NCBI RefSeq assembly: GCF_009914755.1
Contig: NC_060934.1
DNA: 64,000 nucleotides
Origin: the human T2T-CHM13v2.0 reference genome, Homo sapiens
Direction: 5' to 3' (one strand)
A program made the translations under genes and the position numbers. Positions within the stretch are counted from its first letter, which is position 1. Each line of letters starts with the position of its first letter. The notes under the pieces were generated by a model. It searched no databases. It saw only the letters and a program-made list of their open reading frames with translations, and was not told where the DNA came from. Shown piece after piece: positions 29,176 through 42,771 of this stretch.

Positions 29176-31987
29176 CAATCTGTGAGTATTTTTAATAAAC
29201 CAGTGAGTTGCAGTGTTCCACAGTGGACTTACAATTTTGCCTTAATTATAGTAAGTTTTAAGCAAATAGTAACTATATGCCAGACCAACTGCCAAGTACT
29301 TTCTCTGCAATAGCTAAATAAATGTGTATTGAATTCAGTTACATAAAATGAGGATTGCAAAATTCTTTCTGAGGGACAATGCTTTGTTTCCCCTAGATGG
29401 GGAAGTCTTACTGCCTAGGAATTATTCCTTTTTATTAAGCCCAGTGCAGTTGGAGGAAAGAAAGCTGTTGGACTGGGCACAGCAGCTGTTCTCTGGGAAA
29501 TAGCAGTGTGTGTAAATATAGCAGATCTGTGTGCCAAGGAGGGAAAGGAGAAATTAAGTCAGGCTTCTCAGGAGCAACGAATGTAGAGAAAAACATCACA
29601 AGTTAACAGCATGGGGGAAGAAAATATAAATTCCCAAGACTCACCTCTGCCTCTTTGAAACCTAAAGCCTAAGTTCTGAAAACCTTATTCTAATTAAACA
29701 CAACTTCATTTGAATTCAAAACTTTCACCGTCTCTTCACATTTGAATTTAAAAATGTTACGCTTTAGTATTACTATTGGCATTTTAGTTAAAATGTTAAA
29801 TGTGCAAAACATTTTTTGGACTTTGTTTATGGTGGGGAGATGTAGAGAGGGTGATGGCACCATCTGGGAAGATGGAGATAAATCTTAATGGAATTTGGGA
29901 AATGAGAAAAGCTGAGTTGGTGATGTCTATGTCTGACAACAGTGATGCATTCCAGTGGCAGCTCAACCAACATTATTATTAAAGACTTTATGTGGTGGTT
30001 TATGTATTATTTAGAAATAATAATAAATTGGAATTGGACTTTTGGCTCTTCTCCCAGATGAAATCCCCTGAGTGTTTATCTTACAGAGGACACAGAAGGG
30101 ATTCAATTTTGGAGCCATGTATTTGTCTAAATGCAATAAGTGACAATTTGTGTGTTTTGTTTTGTATAGGGAAAAATAAAAGTATGTTTCAGAAAAAAAT
30201 ACAGAAAAAGTCATCAAAGTAAAAAATTCAGGACTCAGACTCTGGAATATATTTTGCTGGTGGCAGCATAGCCTGATAAATCAGGGGTGTTTGTTTACTT
30301 TCTTTATAATTGATTTTCCATATTTTTCAGCAAGCTACAAAAAATTCAGCTTAAAATATATCTGTTTGTATCTACAACCTTCTATGGGAAGAAATTACTT
30401 GTGTCCATCTTTTAAATTATCTGATGGCCTTACCTCCAGATTGTTTTCCAAAAAAGGGACTCATTCATGTATTCATTCATTGTTTATAAATGCCTTGCAT
30501 TGGATATGAAATATAGTGGCATTTTATTCATCTTTGTTGAATGAAGAAACGTCTGCATGCACATAGCATCATTCTGAACGTATTTCCTAAGGCATGGCCG
30601 CTTGAGATGGCTAATTTCCTTTCATTATCTGTTCTCCCTCTCTTTGGTATTATAATAACAGAACTTTTAACTTGGTTCTGTCTTTAAAAGGCAGGGGCTT
30701 GCCCTCCCTTTCCACCTTTACCCCTTATAATGCATTGAGCCATTGTGGACAGCAGAAGGCAGTCCTCTAGAGATGGCAGAGCCACAGATGGGAGATGCTT
30801 TGATCCCTGCATAGCACTGTGGAGCAGAGCCTCCCTCCAGCCCCACACTCTGCAGCTGTACCATTATGTGAGCGAGAAACAAACTTCCACTATGTTTAAG
30901 CCATTGTTATTTGGAGGTGCCTCTTATATAGCACCCAAATTCATCTTTTAACCATACAATTCTCAAGGCCTTAGTTCTAGAAGGGGTGAGAAGAGTAGTC
31001 CTCCCGTAACCATAATGTTAAGTCAGAATATGGAAAATTCCATGAGAAAGTCCAATAAATGCTCTGAGGGTTTAGAGGAGGGAGAGTTCACATTCATTTG
31101 GAGAACAAATTAGAATTGCTTTAGAAACTACGACATCTGAATTTTGAGAGCAGCATTACTGTAGAGTCTGAAGGGCATGGATATTATTATTCATGGAATC
31201 CTAACTGTCTAGCTTATTTTGTCTGGATGTCTATCACAGCATCGCTACCTACAGGCTTAGGAATAAGGCACAGTCCAGAGAGTCTCCGGGGGTCAGTGTG
31301 GACTCAGTCCCCACCAGAACAAACAGGCTGTGTAAGCTTTCTCTAAATAAATGAATTATGATCCTCACAAATTATTAATATCAAGGTGGTCAAGAATGTG
31401 GGCTTTGGAGTCAGACACAGTTTCACGTTCTACCTCTACCACTTACCAGCTGTGAGACTGAGCAGAATATTGAAGTAGTTGAGATCTTTTCTCCTTGAGT
31501 TCAAATCTCTTTTCCACCACTTAGGAACTATGGGAACAAGGCAATTTGTTTACCCTCTCCATGACCTGATTTCCTCATGTGTAAAATGTAGATAATAAAA
31601 ATACCTTCTTCACAGGGTTGTTGGGAGGATTAAGTGAAAACTCCTTATAGTATTAAGTCATTAAGACATGTTTAATGATTAGTATGTGCCTGGCAATCAT
31701 GTGTGCACACACACACATTTATATTTTTATTTCATATTTGTAAACAGAATAGTTAATGCTTAATATTACCTGTTGTTGTTATTAATGACCTAACTTCCTG
31801 GCATCTCAGTTTACTCATGTAAAACAGAGGTGATAGTATCTGACTCTTTGTCCTCATTTGTAAAATAATATTCACTCTCAGAGTTGTAAGATTATGTCTG
31901 TAAAGCATGTGCACAATTCCTGGTACCTAGCAGAGTCAATAAATTACACAACTTTTGAAGTAGATCTCTAAACAAATTTCTTTACAT

Positions 31988-32453
31988 TAAGGGAAGAGAC
32001 CACCCCTCATATTGTCTTATGCCCAATTTCTGCCTCCAAAGAAAGAAGAAGTAAAAACTAAAAGTTAGAAATGGAATCCACAGGCAGACAGCCCAGCACT
32101 GTGCCTTGGGCCTGATAGTTAAAAATCAACCCCTGACCTAACTGCTTGTGTTATCTACAGATTTCAGACATTGTATGGAAAAGCATTGTGAAAATCCCCA
32201 TCCTGTTCTGTTCCATTCTGGTTACCGGTGCATGCAGCCCCCAGTCACGTACCCACTGCTTGCTCAATCGATCACACGACCCTCTCACGCAGACCCCCTT
32301 AGAGTTGTAAGCCCTTAAAAGGGACAGGAATTGCTCACTTCGGGAGCTCGGTTTTTGGAGACGTGAGTCCGCCGATGCTCCCAGCTAAATAAAGCCCTTT
32401 CCTTTCACAAGTCGGTGTCTGAGGGGTTCTGGTCTGCAGCTCGTCCTGCTACA
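31988..32453 (+). mobile_element. LTR2-family (HERV-E/Harlequin) solo LTR
   Basis: Starts taagggaagagaccacccctcatattgtcttatgccc, ends gctcgtcctgctaca, has an internal AATAAA (~32388) and a perfect 4-bp TSD ACAT. Confidence 0.9.
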
Positions 32454-32477
32454 ACATATTTCCTATGTTATTATGTC

Positions 32478-32638
32478 ATTTTTATTTATTCATTTATTTT
32501 GAGACATGGTCTCACTCCGTTTCCCAGGCTGGAGTAAAATAGTGTGACTGTAGCTCACTGTAGCCTTGAACTCCAGGGCTCAAAGGACCCCCCCGAGTAG
32601 CTGGGACTATAGGTGTTCGCCACCACACCCAGCTAATT

Positions 32639-32687
<49 letters not shown>

Positions 32688-33392
32688 TAGAGATGGGGTC
32701 TTGCTGTGTTTCCTGGGCTGGTCTTGATATCCTGGCCTCAAGCTGTTACTGGTGGAGGGTCTTGACTATGAGTGCTCCAGGTTCTTGGTGTTTTGAACAA
32801 ATAATTAGGCAAAAAAAAAAAAAAAAATGCACAAAGCAATGAAAGAATGAAGCAACAAAAGCACAGATTTATTAAAACAAAAGTACACTCCACAGAGTGG
32901 GAGCAGAGTTGTATAAGTGGCTCAAGAGTGCTGGTTACAGAGTTTTCTGGGGTTTAAATGCCCTCTAGAGGTTTCCCATTTGTTACCTGGTTAACACCTA
33001 TGTAAATGAAGTAGTGGCCTGCAACCAGTTTGATTGGTTGTGGAAGGTGACCAATCAGAAGTTGAAGTGAAATTACAAAGTTATACATGAAGACTTGGCC
33101 TACAACCAGTCTGATTGGTTGCAGGAGGGGACCAATCAGAGATACTTTCATTTCTCATGTGCAAGGCAGAAAAGTGGAGGGGGCGGGTTTGTAAAGGGAG
33201 TGGCCGCGGATCCTTTTGTTACTTGGGCGTGGAGAGGTGGAGTTTTCCTTTTGATTCCATTCTAGGAATTCAGCAGAATCGGCTGTGGGTTCCCTAGGGG
33301 CCTTCAGACCCTATTCTCCTGCCTCAAAGCTGTCTTCCTGAATTGGCCTCCCAAAGTGCTGGGATTATAGGCGTGAGCCACCGCAGCTGGCC
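32478..33392 (-). mobile_element. AluJ-like element split by an LTR, with linker expanded to T42
   Basis: Alu halves at 32478-32743 and 33327-33392, poly-T at 32645-32686, TSD cctatgttatt. Confidence 0.9.
32744..33326 (-). mobile_element. MER51-like ERV1 solo LTR
   Basis: Minus strand starts tgaggcaggagaatagggtctg. Multiple CCAAT boxes and 4-bp TSD AAGC. Confidence 0.88.
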
Positions 33393-35299
33393 CCTATGTT
33401 ATTTTAAGGGAAATAAAGAGTTATGTGCAGTTTTGTTAAACGCAGTCTTGTGGGGGGGATAGGCATATGTAAAATACTAAGTATTTAGCCTTAACGCCCT
33501 GCTGCATTACCTGTCTTTTTAAGGATGCTGTGAAAAAGTATGGAGAATAACAGCTGGTGCTGGGGAGAGGAAATAGGAACAGCTACTGTTTATTGGGGCC
33601 ACCTATGCGGTTCACCAAAGCCCTTGAAAGTGCCTGTGTCCCTTCTGACAGTCAAGGAAAGTGGGGTTCAGAGAAGGTCACTCACCTGTCTTTGGGGACT
33701 TAGTGCACACCCTCCCTGGGAGTCCTATTCTGGCTTAAATGCCAGTAACAGGGCCAGGAGCCAGGCTGAGCTTGGAATATCTTCCCCAGGGCCTCCTGCT
33801 CCTGCCTCCCACAGTCCAAGAAGGTGCTCACCCAAAGACCCTGGACCCCATGGCAGCCCCTCCAGAGCTCTTCCCATCTGGTCATTTCTCAACCCTTTGG
33901 GGAAAAAATACCCCCCTCCCTCCTTAGCGAGAATGGGATAACTCCTGCCACAGCGCCTCCCAGCCGGGGAACACCCGGGCTTTTGTGTCATTGTGATCGT
34001 GGAGATGCTGGCAGGGGGCCAGAGTCACCCTGCACATCCAGGAGGCCTCAGAAGCACTGACCCACAGTGGATCCGCCCCAGAGGTAAGGGGTTAAAGAAG
34101 ACGAGAAACAGCAGGAGGAGTGCTGGAGGCTGGCTGCCCGGGAGGCTGGGAGAAGCCTCCTGGGGTTAATTCTGTGAGTTTTGTCAAGAAAGGGCTGGAA
34201 AGGAGCAGCAGGGAGTTGGAGGCTTCCTTCCCCTGAGAAAGTGCAGGCTGAAGAGGTGGACCTCGAGAAATGGGGCCAGGGTCCTGCCCAGCCGGAACGA
34301 GGAAGGTGGTGACTCAAATCTGGTCCTTTCTGCTCCTGCCAGGACAGTGGCTGCTGCTGGGCCTAACTCACTCTCGTCGTGGTTACCTTGTCACGTTCCA
34401 AATCACAGCCAGGCTGTGTTCTGCCTGCGGGATGGAAAAACCAATGAGGTCCCAAGAGAGCCAGCAAACAGATTAGGGCCCTGCAGACTGAATGGCAGAC
34501 AGCAATGGCATGTCATAAGGTCCCAAGTGCCCCAGACTGTGGGGTGGCACCAGCAAGACCTTGTTGGCTGCTTTGGGTGACTTTGCAACTGATGAGGTAG
34601 AAGCAAGATGGGACCCTCAGTGCCCACCCCTCAGGGGCTGTCGCCTATGGCAGGCCCTTGTGTATTTCCAATGGCAAGGGGAGGACACATTCTCATCTAT
34701 TCTCTCTAGAGTGGTGCACATTTCTATAGACTTGGGTGTACAAGGAATATAATTTTTTTTGTCTTCTATTATTTAATTTCTGATCTCTAGCCTTCATTTG
34801 TGTGATACAGGAAAATGCAATCTGGTCCCTTCCATTTGAAATAAAATCAGTGACTTCAATCACATTCATCTTGAAGGCCAGGCATTCTCGGGGTGGCTGC
34901 TGAGCTGGGGCGGAGCTTTCACAAATGCCACTGAGGCAGCCTTCCTGGCTCTCCTGTGGTCTTGGTCCTACCTCGGCCTCCTGCCCTGGTTATGTCACTG
35001 GGTCCTCAATGGCACTCTCTGTGGTGTCTGTGGTCCTCCACAGACAACTAAATGGCCCCTAAATGCCAGACTCTTGCCCACTGTTCTGCATTCTTCCCTT
35101 CCTGGATGCTAGGCGTGGGGAAGGCATGGGTGTGGGGAAGCTTCGGTTCTTTTTCTTGCCTTTCTGGGTCTTCGGGAGGGTGACTGGCTGTGAGCACCCA
35201 CTCAGTTCCAACAACCCTTGCTGCCATCTTTGTGTTGTTATTTCCTGGCCTCTGTGATGCAAGGGACAAAGTTGAAGCTGCCCTTGCCCAGGCTGGGAG

Positions 35300-35545
35300 A
35301 AGATGGAGGGCTCAGCTCAAGCAGGCAGAGAGGCAAATCCTCTCTTTCTCTGCCTTTTGTTCTGTTCATGCCCTCAATGGATTGATTGTTGCCCACCCAC
35401 ACTGGGGAGAGCCATCTGCTTTCCTCAGTCTACCCATTCAAATGCTCATCTCTTCCAGAAACAGCCTCACAGACACACCCAGAATAACATTTAACCAAAT
35501 ACCTGGGCACCCCATGGGCCATTCTAGTTGACACGATGATTACAC
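35300..35545 (-). mobile_element. MLT2 LTR fragment
   Basis: ccctcaatggattg...cctcacagacacacccagaataac motif, shared with the MLT2 copies at 61-64 kb. Confidence 0.75.
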
Positions 35546-35627
35546 CCCAGTGAGATTACACCCTAGTAAGAGGTTTCGTGAGTGAGGGTAGCACATCATT
35601 CAGCCACATTATCTAGAGTTCAGCTAA

Positions 35628-36044
<417 letters not shown>

Positions 36045-37754
36045 TACCTAAATGTTCTGCAGTCATCTTCACCAGGACTTTGCTTTGAGTCTCAGTTCTT
36101 CTGAACATTGTGGGTGTGGGCAATTGGGGCACAAAGGGAGCTTGATAAACGTGACATTTGGGAACCAGCTTCCTTTCGGGATTACTCTTGAGCATGTCTT
36201 AATGCTGGGATTCTGTTTGACATGTTGTCACTTACTGGCCATGTCAACAGATGCTGTCATGACAGGGAGAAGTGAGAGAGGAAATACTGTAGCGGGGAAT
36301 GGGATGTGGAAATCAGGGTGGGGAAGGCAAATAGGAACTTTCTGTTTCAGTTAAATATAGGAGTGAGAGGATGAGGGTGAGATATGATTTAAGATACAAG
36401 ATTTATCTTAAAATTTTTCATTGTTTATTATTTTTTCCCAGATTATAAAAGTAGAAAATTTGGAGGATACAATTACAGAGAAGAAAATAATTACCTCATA
36501 GTTCTATTACACAGAAATAAGCTTTTTAATGCAGAAATATATCTCTATGTCTAATATGTATTTTATAAGAACATTTCATATTGACTACTTTATAATATTC
36601 TATTTTAAGAGTTTTTATAACTATGAAAGGAATCCCTGCTTGCTTTAGAACACTCAAGCACAGGAGACTGTGTAAACGAATGGTCTGTCATTCTCTGGGA
36701 GGGTTAGTGTTGACATTTGGTGTGTATCCTTCCAGATATTTTCCTCACACATGTACCTTCTGCAAATTGCTTTTTTTTTCAATTAACTATCCTTTCCCAC
36801 AACCGCCAGGCCATAGGTTTCTGATATCTTCTTTTCATTCCCTGCACTGGTGCCTGCTTTGGTGAATTAATGAGCTCATAATGTTAAACAGGCTGAGGCC
36901 ACTGGTTCACTCCCCAAGAAGTGCCCTTTTGAGGCATAGTTCCTGATGGTAACTATGGGGTGATTCCCAGGATAGGAGATGAGAGCAAAAGGCCACTCCC
37001 TTCCTGGGAGAGAGGACCGCAGGCAGGCAGGTCAGTTCCCTGTATCCTCCCCGACTGCTGCCACCATGCTCAGTTATTCCCACCTGGTCACAGCTATATC
37101 CCATGTGGCGGCTTTGGCTTGCTTAGTAGAGTGCTACCAGCATTTCAGTTGACTTCAAGAAATTATAGATGGGACGTGCCTTGCGTCTCAGCATTGGTGT
37201 TACATGTTCGCGTGTGTTCCAGACTTGAACAGCCTCTCAGGAACTCCGAGAGGTCGCTTCTGAGGTGGCTTCTAATTTGTCTGAAAAGTTATAGTGGTGC
37301 CTGGAAGCAGGGAAGAGTCAGGCAATTTCATTGTCACCTTGTTTGCAAACATTACCTGCCTCCTAAGAGGAATGATGGTGAGTATTAACACTGGCTGGGC
37401 CACTAACAGAAGGACATGTGACCTCCCAGGGTGCTCCTACTTCTGTTACCAGCTGGGCTTGTTTCTCTGTCTGTCTCTCTCTCTCTGTCTCTCTCCCTTT
37501 CCTTTAATAAATCCTCGATGCCGATCAGGAGGTTCAATTTCAAATACTTACAGGACTGGGATGGTGAGAGAATTAGTGGAGTGGGAGCAGTGGAGCTCTC
37601 ACGGGGACAGTTCCACTGACTGCTGACATGCTGGAGGATGGGCATCGTGTTGCCAGGAATTGGGTTTTCAGTGTGATTGGCAATCCACATTTTAATGTGA
37701 AATCTCCCGATTTTAAATACAGGCAATTAAGTTAATTTTTCAAAACCCTATGCA

Positions 37755-38139
<385 letters not shown>

Positions 38140-38705
38140 TCAGGTTACGTTGTCTTTTCATAGATGTTTTTTTATCTGTCTCTGAAATCCCAAAGTCCTT
38201 ATTTTGCCTATATCTTGTGATTTATGAGGCAATCAGATGAGTTCTTATATATTAAACCTCCTTCAGTTTCCCCTCTAACAGGAATGATGGACTGACTTAA
38301 AAACCCTTAAAACAAAAAGGGGACTATTCCTCTGGATATATTTTTAACATATGCTAATGGGATTTTGGTTTAAGGAACGAATTCTGCAGTCTTGTAAAGA
38401 GAGGCTGAATGAAAATTAAATTTATTATGGAAATATCAGTGGTTATATTTACTTTCCTAACATGAATTTAAGCCTAAATTGATTTGTGTGTTATGATATC
38501 ATTTATCTCTTTGAACAGAGTAAAATGGTAGTTTAAATTATAAAACTAAGAGGTGGTAGAGTAACTTTCTTCAGGATTAGAGTCTACTGCTCCTTCTTTG
38601 TGAAATGAAAGATGATGATGACAGAGAAAAGGATCAGATGCTCGCTGTACACTCCCTCCACCCCCACACACCTGTAAAATACTCATCTTTCTCCTGTTTC
38701 CTTAG

Positions 38706-39114
<409 letters not shown>

Positions 39115-40182
39115 CATCTTTGATTTCTTTCAAGGGATTAACTGACTTTCAAGACTCTAAGAACTATGAATAAGGAAAATGGGTTACTGGAATTTAGCCA
39201 TAGTTGCTGCCTTCACTTTTTTATGTTCTAGTCACTGGGGTGACACGCTATAATAAAAGCCGCTTCTTCGATGAGTTTCTTTTCATCAGAATCCAGAGGC
39301 TTCAAGTGTCAGTAACTTATTTCCCATACCAGTGGAGACCTTAAAACTCTGCCCTCTATTGAGCATGCAAAGATGCCCTTCTAAAGTCAACTCAGACATC
39401 CAACAATTAGAAACAATTGTAAATTTTGAGACAAAATAGAGTTTAACAAGAGCTAATTCTTAATGATATGCTGTACTACATTTAATGTGAGGACAAACCA
39501 TATATTAGAAGGTCACAAAAACTATTCTTGTGACTATATTTATTTCTTTATAGTTCTTTATGGCAATTGATTGAGGTTTAAAAGTCACAGATGGTTGGGT
39601 TGAACTTTCCTTGCATTTGTCTCTATTGGTAAAGACATTCTCATACATACTAGACTAGACTCCTATTGGCTTCCAATGAAGACTTTCTGGCTGACATCTC
39701 TTAATTCTACCATAGTTCTAGAAGCCACACGTTTTCAATTTCAGCATGTCCCAACTGTGGTATACATTGCTATAAGTATAATAAATAAAATCTTAGAGAA
39801 TACATGAATAGTTTTAAAAATTTAAGTGACTATGTATTTATTTTAAAGATAGTTTTAAAAATATAACTAGCACCCAAAACCAGTGAGTTCAAAGATTTTA
39901 TGTACTCCTTTTGAAATAAAGTAGATGATTTAAATCAGATTATTAGGTAAATAATAGTTCGGGTGATACATGAATATGGAAAAAATCATGCAGATGGTGG
40001 AGAAATAACTGAAACATGGGAAACTGTGAATTAATGGAGTCCATTTGAGTCTGTTGGGGTGATACTATTTCTTAACTTTATAAAATTTCAATCAGACTTG
40101 GATTAGATGGACCTGAAATGTCAACATAGATAATCCAAATTATTTTACATCTTGACGATCCTGAAGAGGATGCCAAATCAGC

Positions 40183-40503
40183 TGTTGATTCTAGCTTCCC
40201 TTTTGTCCTCTGCTGTACTTTAGGTTTCATTTCTACAGGGCACCTTGTTTTATGTAATAGTGTAGGCTCAGGAGTCAGACTGTCAGTGCTTGAACACTGA
40301 CTCCACCACCTATTTTTTGTGTGAACTCAGAAAACTTATTTAACCTCTTCGAATCTTGTATTTCTTATATGTAAAATGGGGGAAAACAGTACTTAGCTTG
40401 TGAAGTTCTCCTTAAGATTAATACATCAAAACACATCAAGGAACTATCACCTCAGTAAGTACTGAATAAATATTAGCTATTATTATTTTATGTCTGAAAG
40501 GTT
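40183..40503 (+). repeat. Copy 1 of an old local duplication (unique flank plus MIR)
   Basis: Aligns with 41783-42429 once the Alu there is removed. Confidence 0.85.
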
Positions 40504-40522
40504 GTGTAAAGATAATGGTGTA

Positions 40523-40982
40523 TGTCGTGGGTAAGTGGCAACTCTCTGGGCCAATGGTGTGGGTGGTGGAAGAATTTAACAAGACAGTTGCAGTTAAAGA
40601 AAGGCAGATTTATTAGAAAAAGTATGAAAATACATCCATGCATTAAAAAGGTGTTGTAGTAAAGAAAAATATGTTGCAAGAAAGCAACAGGCAAGTCAAC
40701 ATGAGAGGAGCTGACTGTAAGGAGACAAAGGCTTGCTGGGAATTTTATAGAATGGTGCCTGGGCCGTGTGCTGAAGAGGGCTTTGTGCACTACTGGTAAC
40801 GCCAAGGTTGCAGTGAGCTAGCTTGCATTTTTGTATCAGCTGAGGATCTGGTGACAGCTAGACACAGGAAGATTGTGTCCTGGACCATGAAGAAAGGCAG
40901 ACTTACAGCTTATCTGCTTTTTCTTTTTTGCTTTCCCCTGCTCCCACCAGCCTGACTCCTCTTCCCTATTTAGGACTCCACT
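40523..40982 (-). mobile_element. Solo LTR (tentatively LTR47-like)
   Basis: Minus strand starts gtggagtcctaaatagggaagaggagtcaggctgg and carries an AATAAA (plus-strand tttatt at ~40609). Near-TSD gtgta/gttta. Confidence 0.7.
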
Positions 40983-41782
40983 GTTTATCCACAAAATTCC
41001 ATTTATGATGCTACAAAAGAGTTTATTTAAAAGAAAAACTAGTGAGTCCCATTGTGAAGCAAATACTGGCATTATTTCACAGTAATGAATTACTATGATA
41101 TGTACTGCTTTTTAAGGTCTGTGCTGTTGACTAGGCTAGGTTTAAGTTGAAGATGTTCTTAGAGACATTTAAGTCCCATAAGGTTTGAAAGGCATTTCTC
41201 TTCACGGTTTTCACCATGACTTGGCACAAAGAAAGTCCCTTTGAAACGTAATATAAATGAGCTCAACATTCTTGAAGCCAAATATTCCTAACTGTGTATG
41301 GAAGACTTTAGACTGGCCATAGGTCCAGAAAGAGAACTTTTTTGGAAATCTTTCAGAAGAACTCAAGGTTAAAGCTCTTGGAAACGAGTTTTTTGTTTTC
41401 ATTCTCTTTAGCACTGCCTGAAAGAAGAACTTTCATTCTTAAAAAGGCTTGTAATTTATCGAGTCTTCTGCAATTAAGAATGTCATATATTCTCACTTGG
41501 AGAATATTTTGATTGCAGCTATTTAGGTAGGGCTGTATGTAGAATCACAGGATTCTTAAAGTTGGAAAGAACTTAAAATATTGTTGAGTTCTCATCTCTC
41601 TCCTGTTCCTTCTCTCTTAGAGCCCTAGAAATGTTTACCAATTTGTCCCAGTTTGCCCAGCGAGTTGGCATCAGTGCCCAGCTAGGAAACAAATGCAGAT
41701 GACTCAGCAGGGTCCCTGACTGAATTCCTTTCATGGACAACAGTAAGCCTCTGGAGGAGGAGAACAGCATCCTGCTCACCTT

Positions 41783-42429
41783 TGTTGATCTTAGTTTCCC
41801 CTTTTTATCCTTGGCTGTACTTTAGGTTTCATTTTTATAGGACAAGTCATTTCATATGACAGTGTAGGCTCAGGAGTCAAGCTGCCTGTGCTTGAATCCT
41901 GGCTCTACCACCTATTTACTGTGCGAACTCAGAAAATATATTTAACCTCTTTGAGTCTCATATTTCTGGTTTTTGTTTTGTTTTGTTTTCTTTTTTGATA
42001 CGGAGTCTCACTCTGTTGCTCACTGCAACTTCTGTCTCCTGGGTTCAAGCAATTCTTCTGCCTCAGCCTCCCAAATAGATGGGATTGGAGGCGCATGCCA
42101 CCATGCCTGGCTAATTTTTGTATTTTTAGTAGAGATGGGGTTTCACCATGTTGGCCAGCCTGGTCTCGAACTCCTGACGTCAAGTCTCGAACTCCTGACC
42201 TCAAGTGATCAGCCTGCCTTGGCCTCCCAAAGTGCCAGGATTACAGGTGTGAGCCACCATGCCCAGCCAGAGTCTTATATTTCTTACGTGTGAAATGGAG
42301 GTGGGGGGAATAGTACCTAGCTTGTGAAGTTCTCCTTAAGATTAATAAATCAGAACCCATCAATGAACTGTCACCTCATGAGGTATTGAATAAATACAAG
42401 TTATTATTATTTTGTGTGTCTGGAAGGTT
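41783..42429 (+). repeat. Copy 2 of the old local duplication, interrupted by an Alu
   Basis: Shared blocks gctgtactttaggtttcattt, agtgtaggctcaggagtca and tagcttgtgaagttctccttaagattaata. Confidence 0.85.
41968..42268 (-). mobile_element. AluS-like element with internal deletion and 21-bp duplication
   Basis: gtctcgaactcctgac(g/c)tcaa occurs twice. TSD gagtct(c/t)atatttct. Confidence 0.92.
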
Positions 42430-42771
42430 TTGCACCTTCAGCACTGTTTCTGGCACACAACAGGCCTCCACTAAGAGTTTGGTGGCTCAAAGAGATCACT
42501 CCTCTCCACCCAGGGGCCCTGGATGGAATCCTAGGGATAATTACATAAGAGTGATATCATTTCCACTTTGGAAGACTCTATTTACTAAAGCCACGTACAT
42601 CTTAGTTATAAAGTGTTTTAAAAAATATTTTTAGGGAATGTTTTAATATGTCTTAAAAAATTATGATCCATGGGTTACTTACATCAGAATCTTCTAGAGT
42701 TGCTGTTCAAAATCCAATCCCAGACTCTTGGAGGTGTCTCAGGATCTGCATTTGGAGTCTCCTCACTGTCA

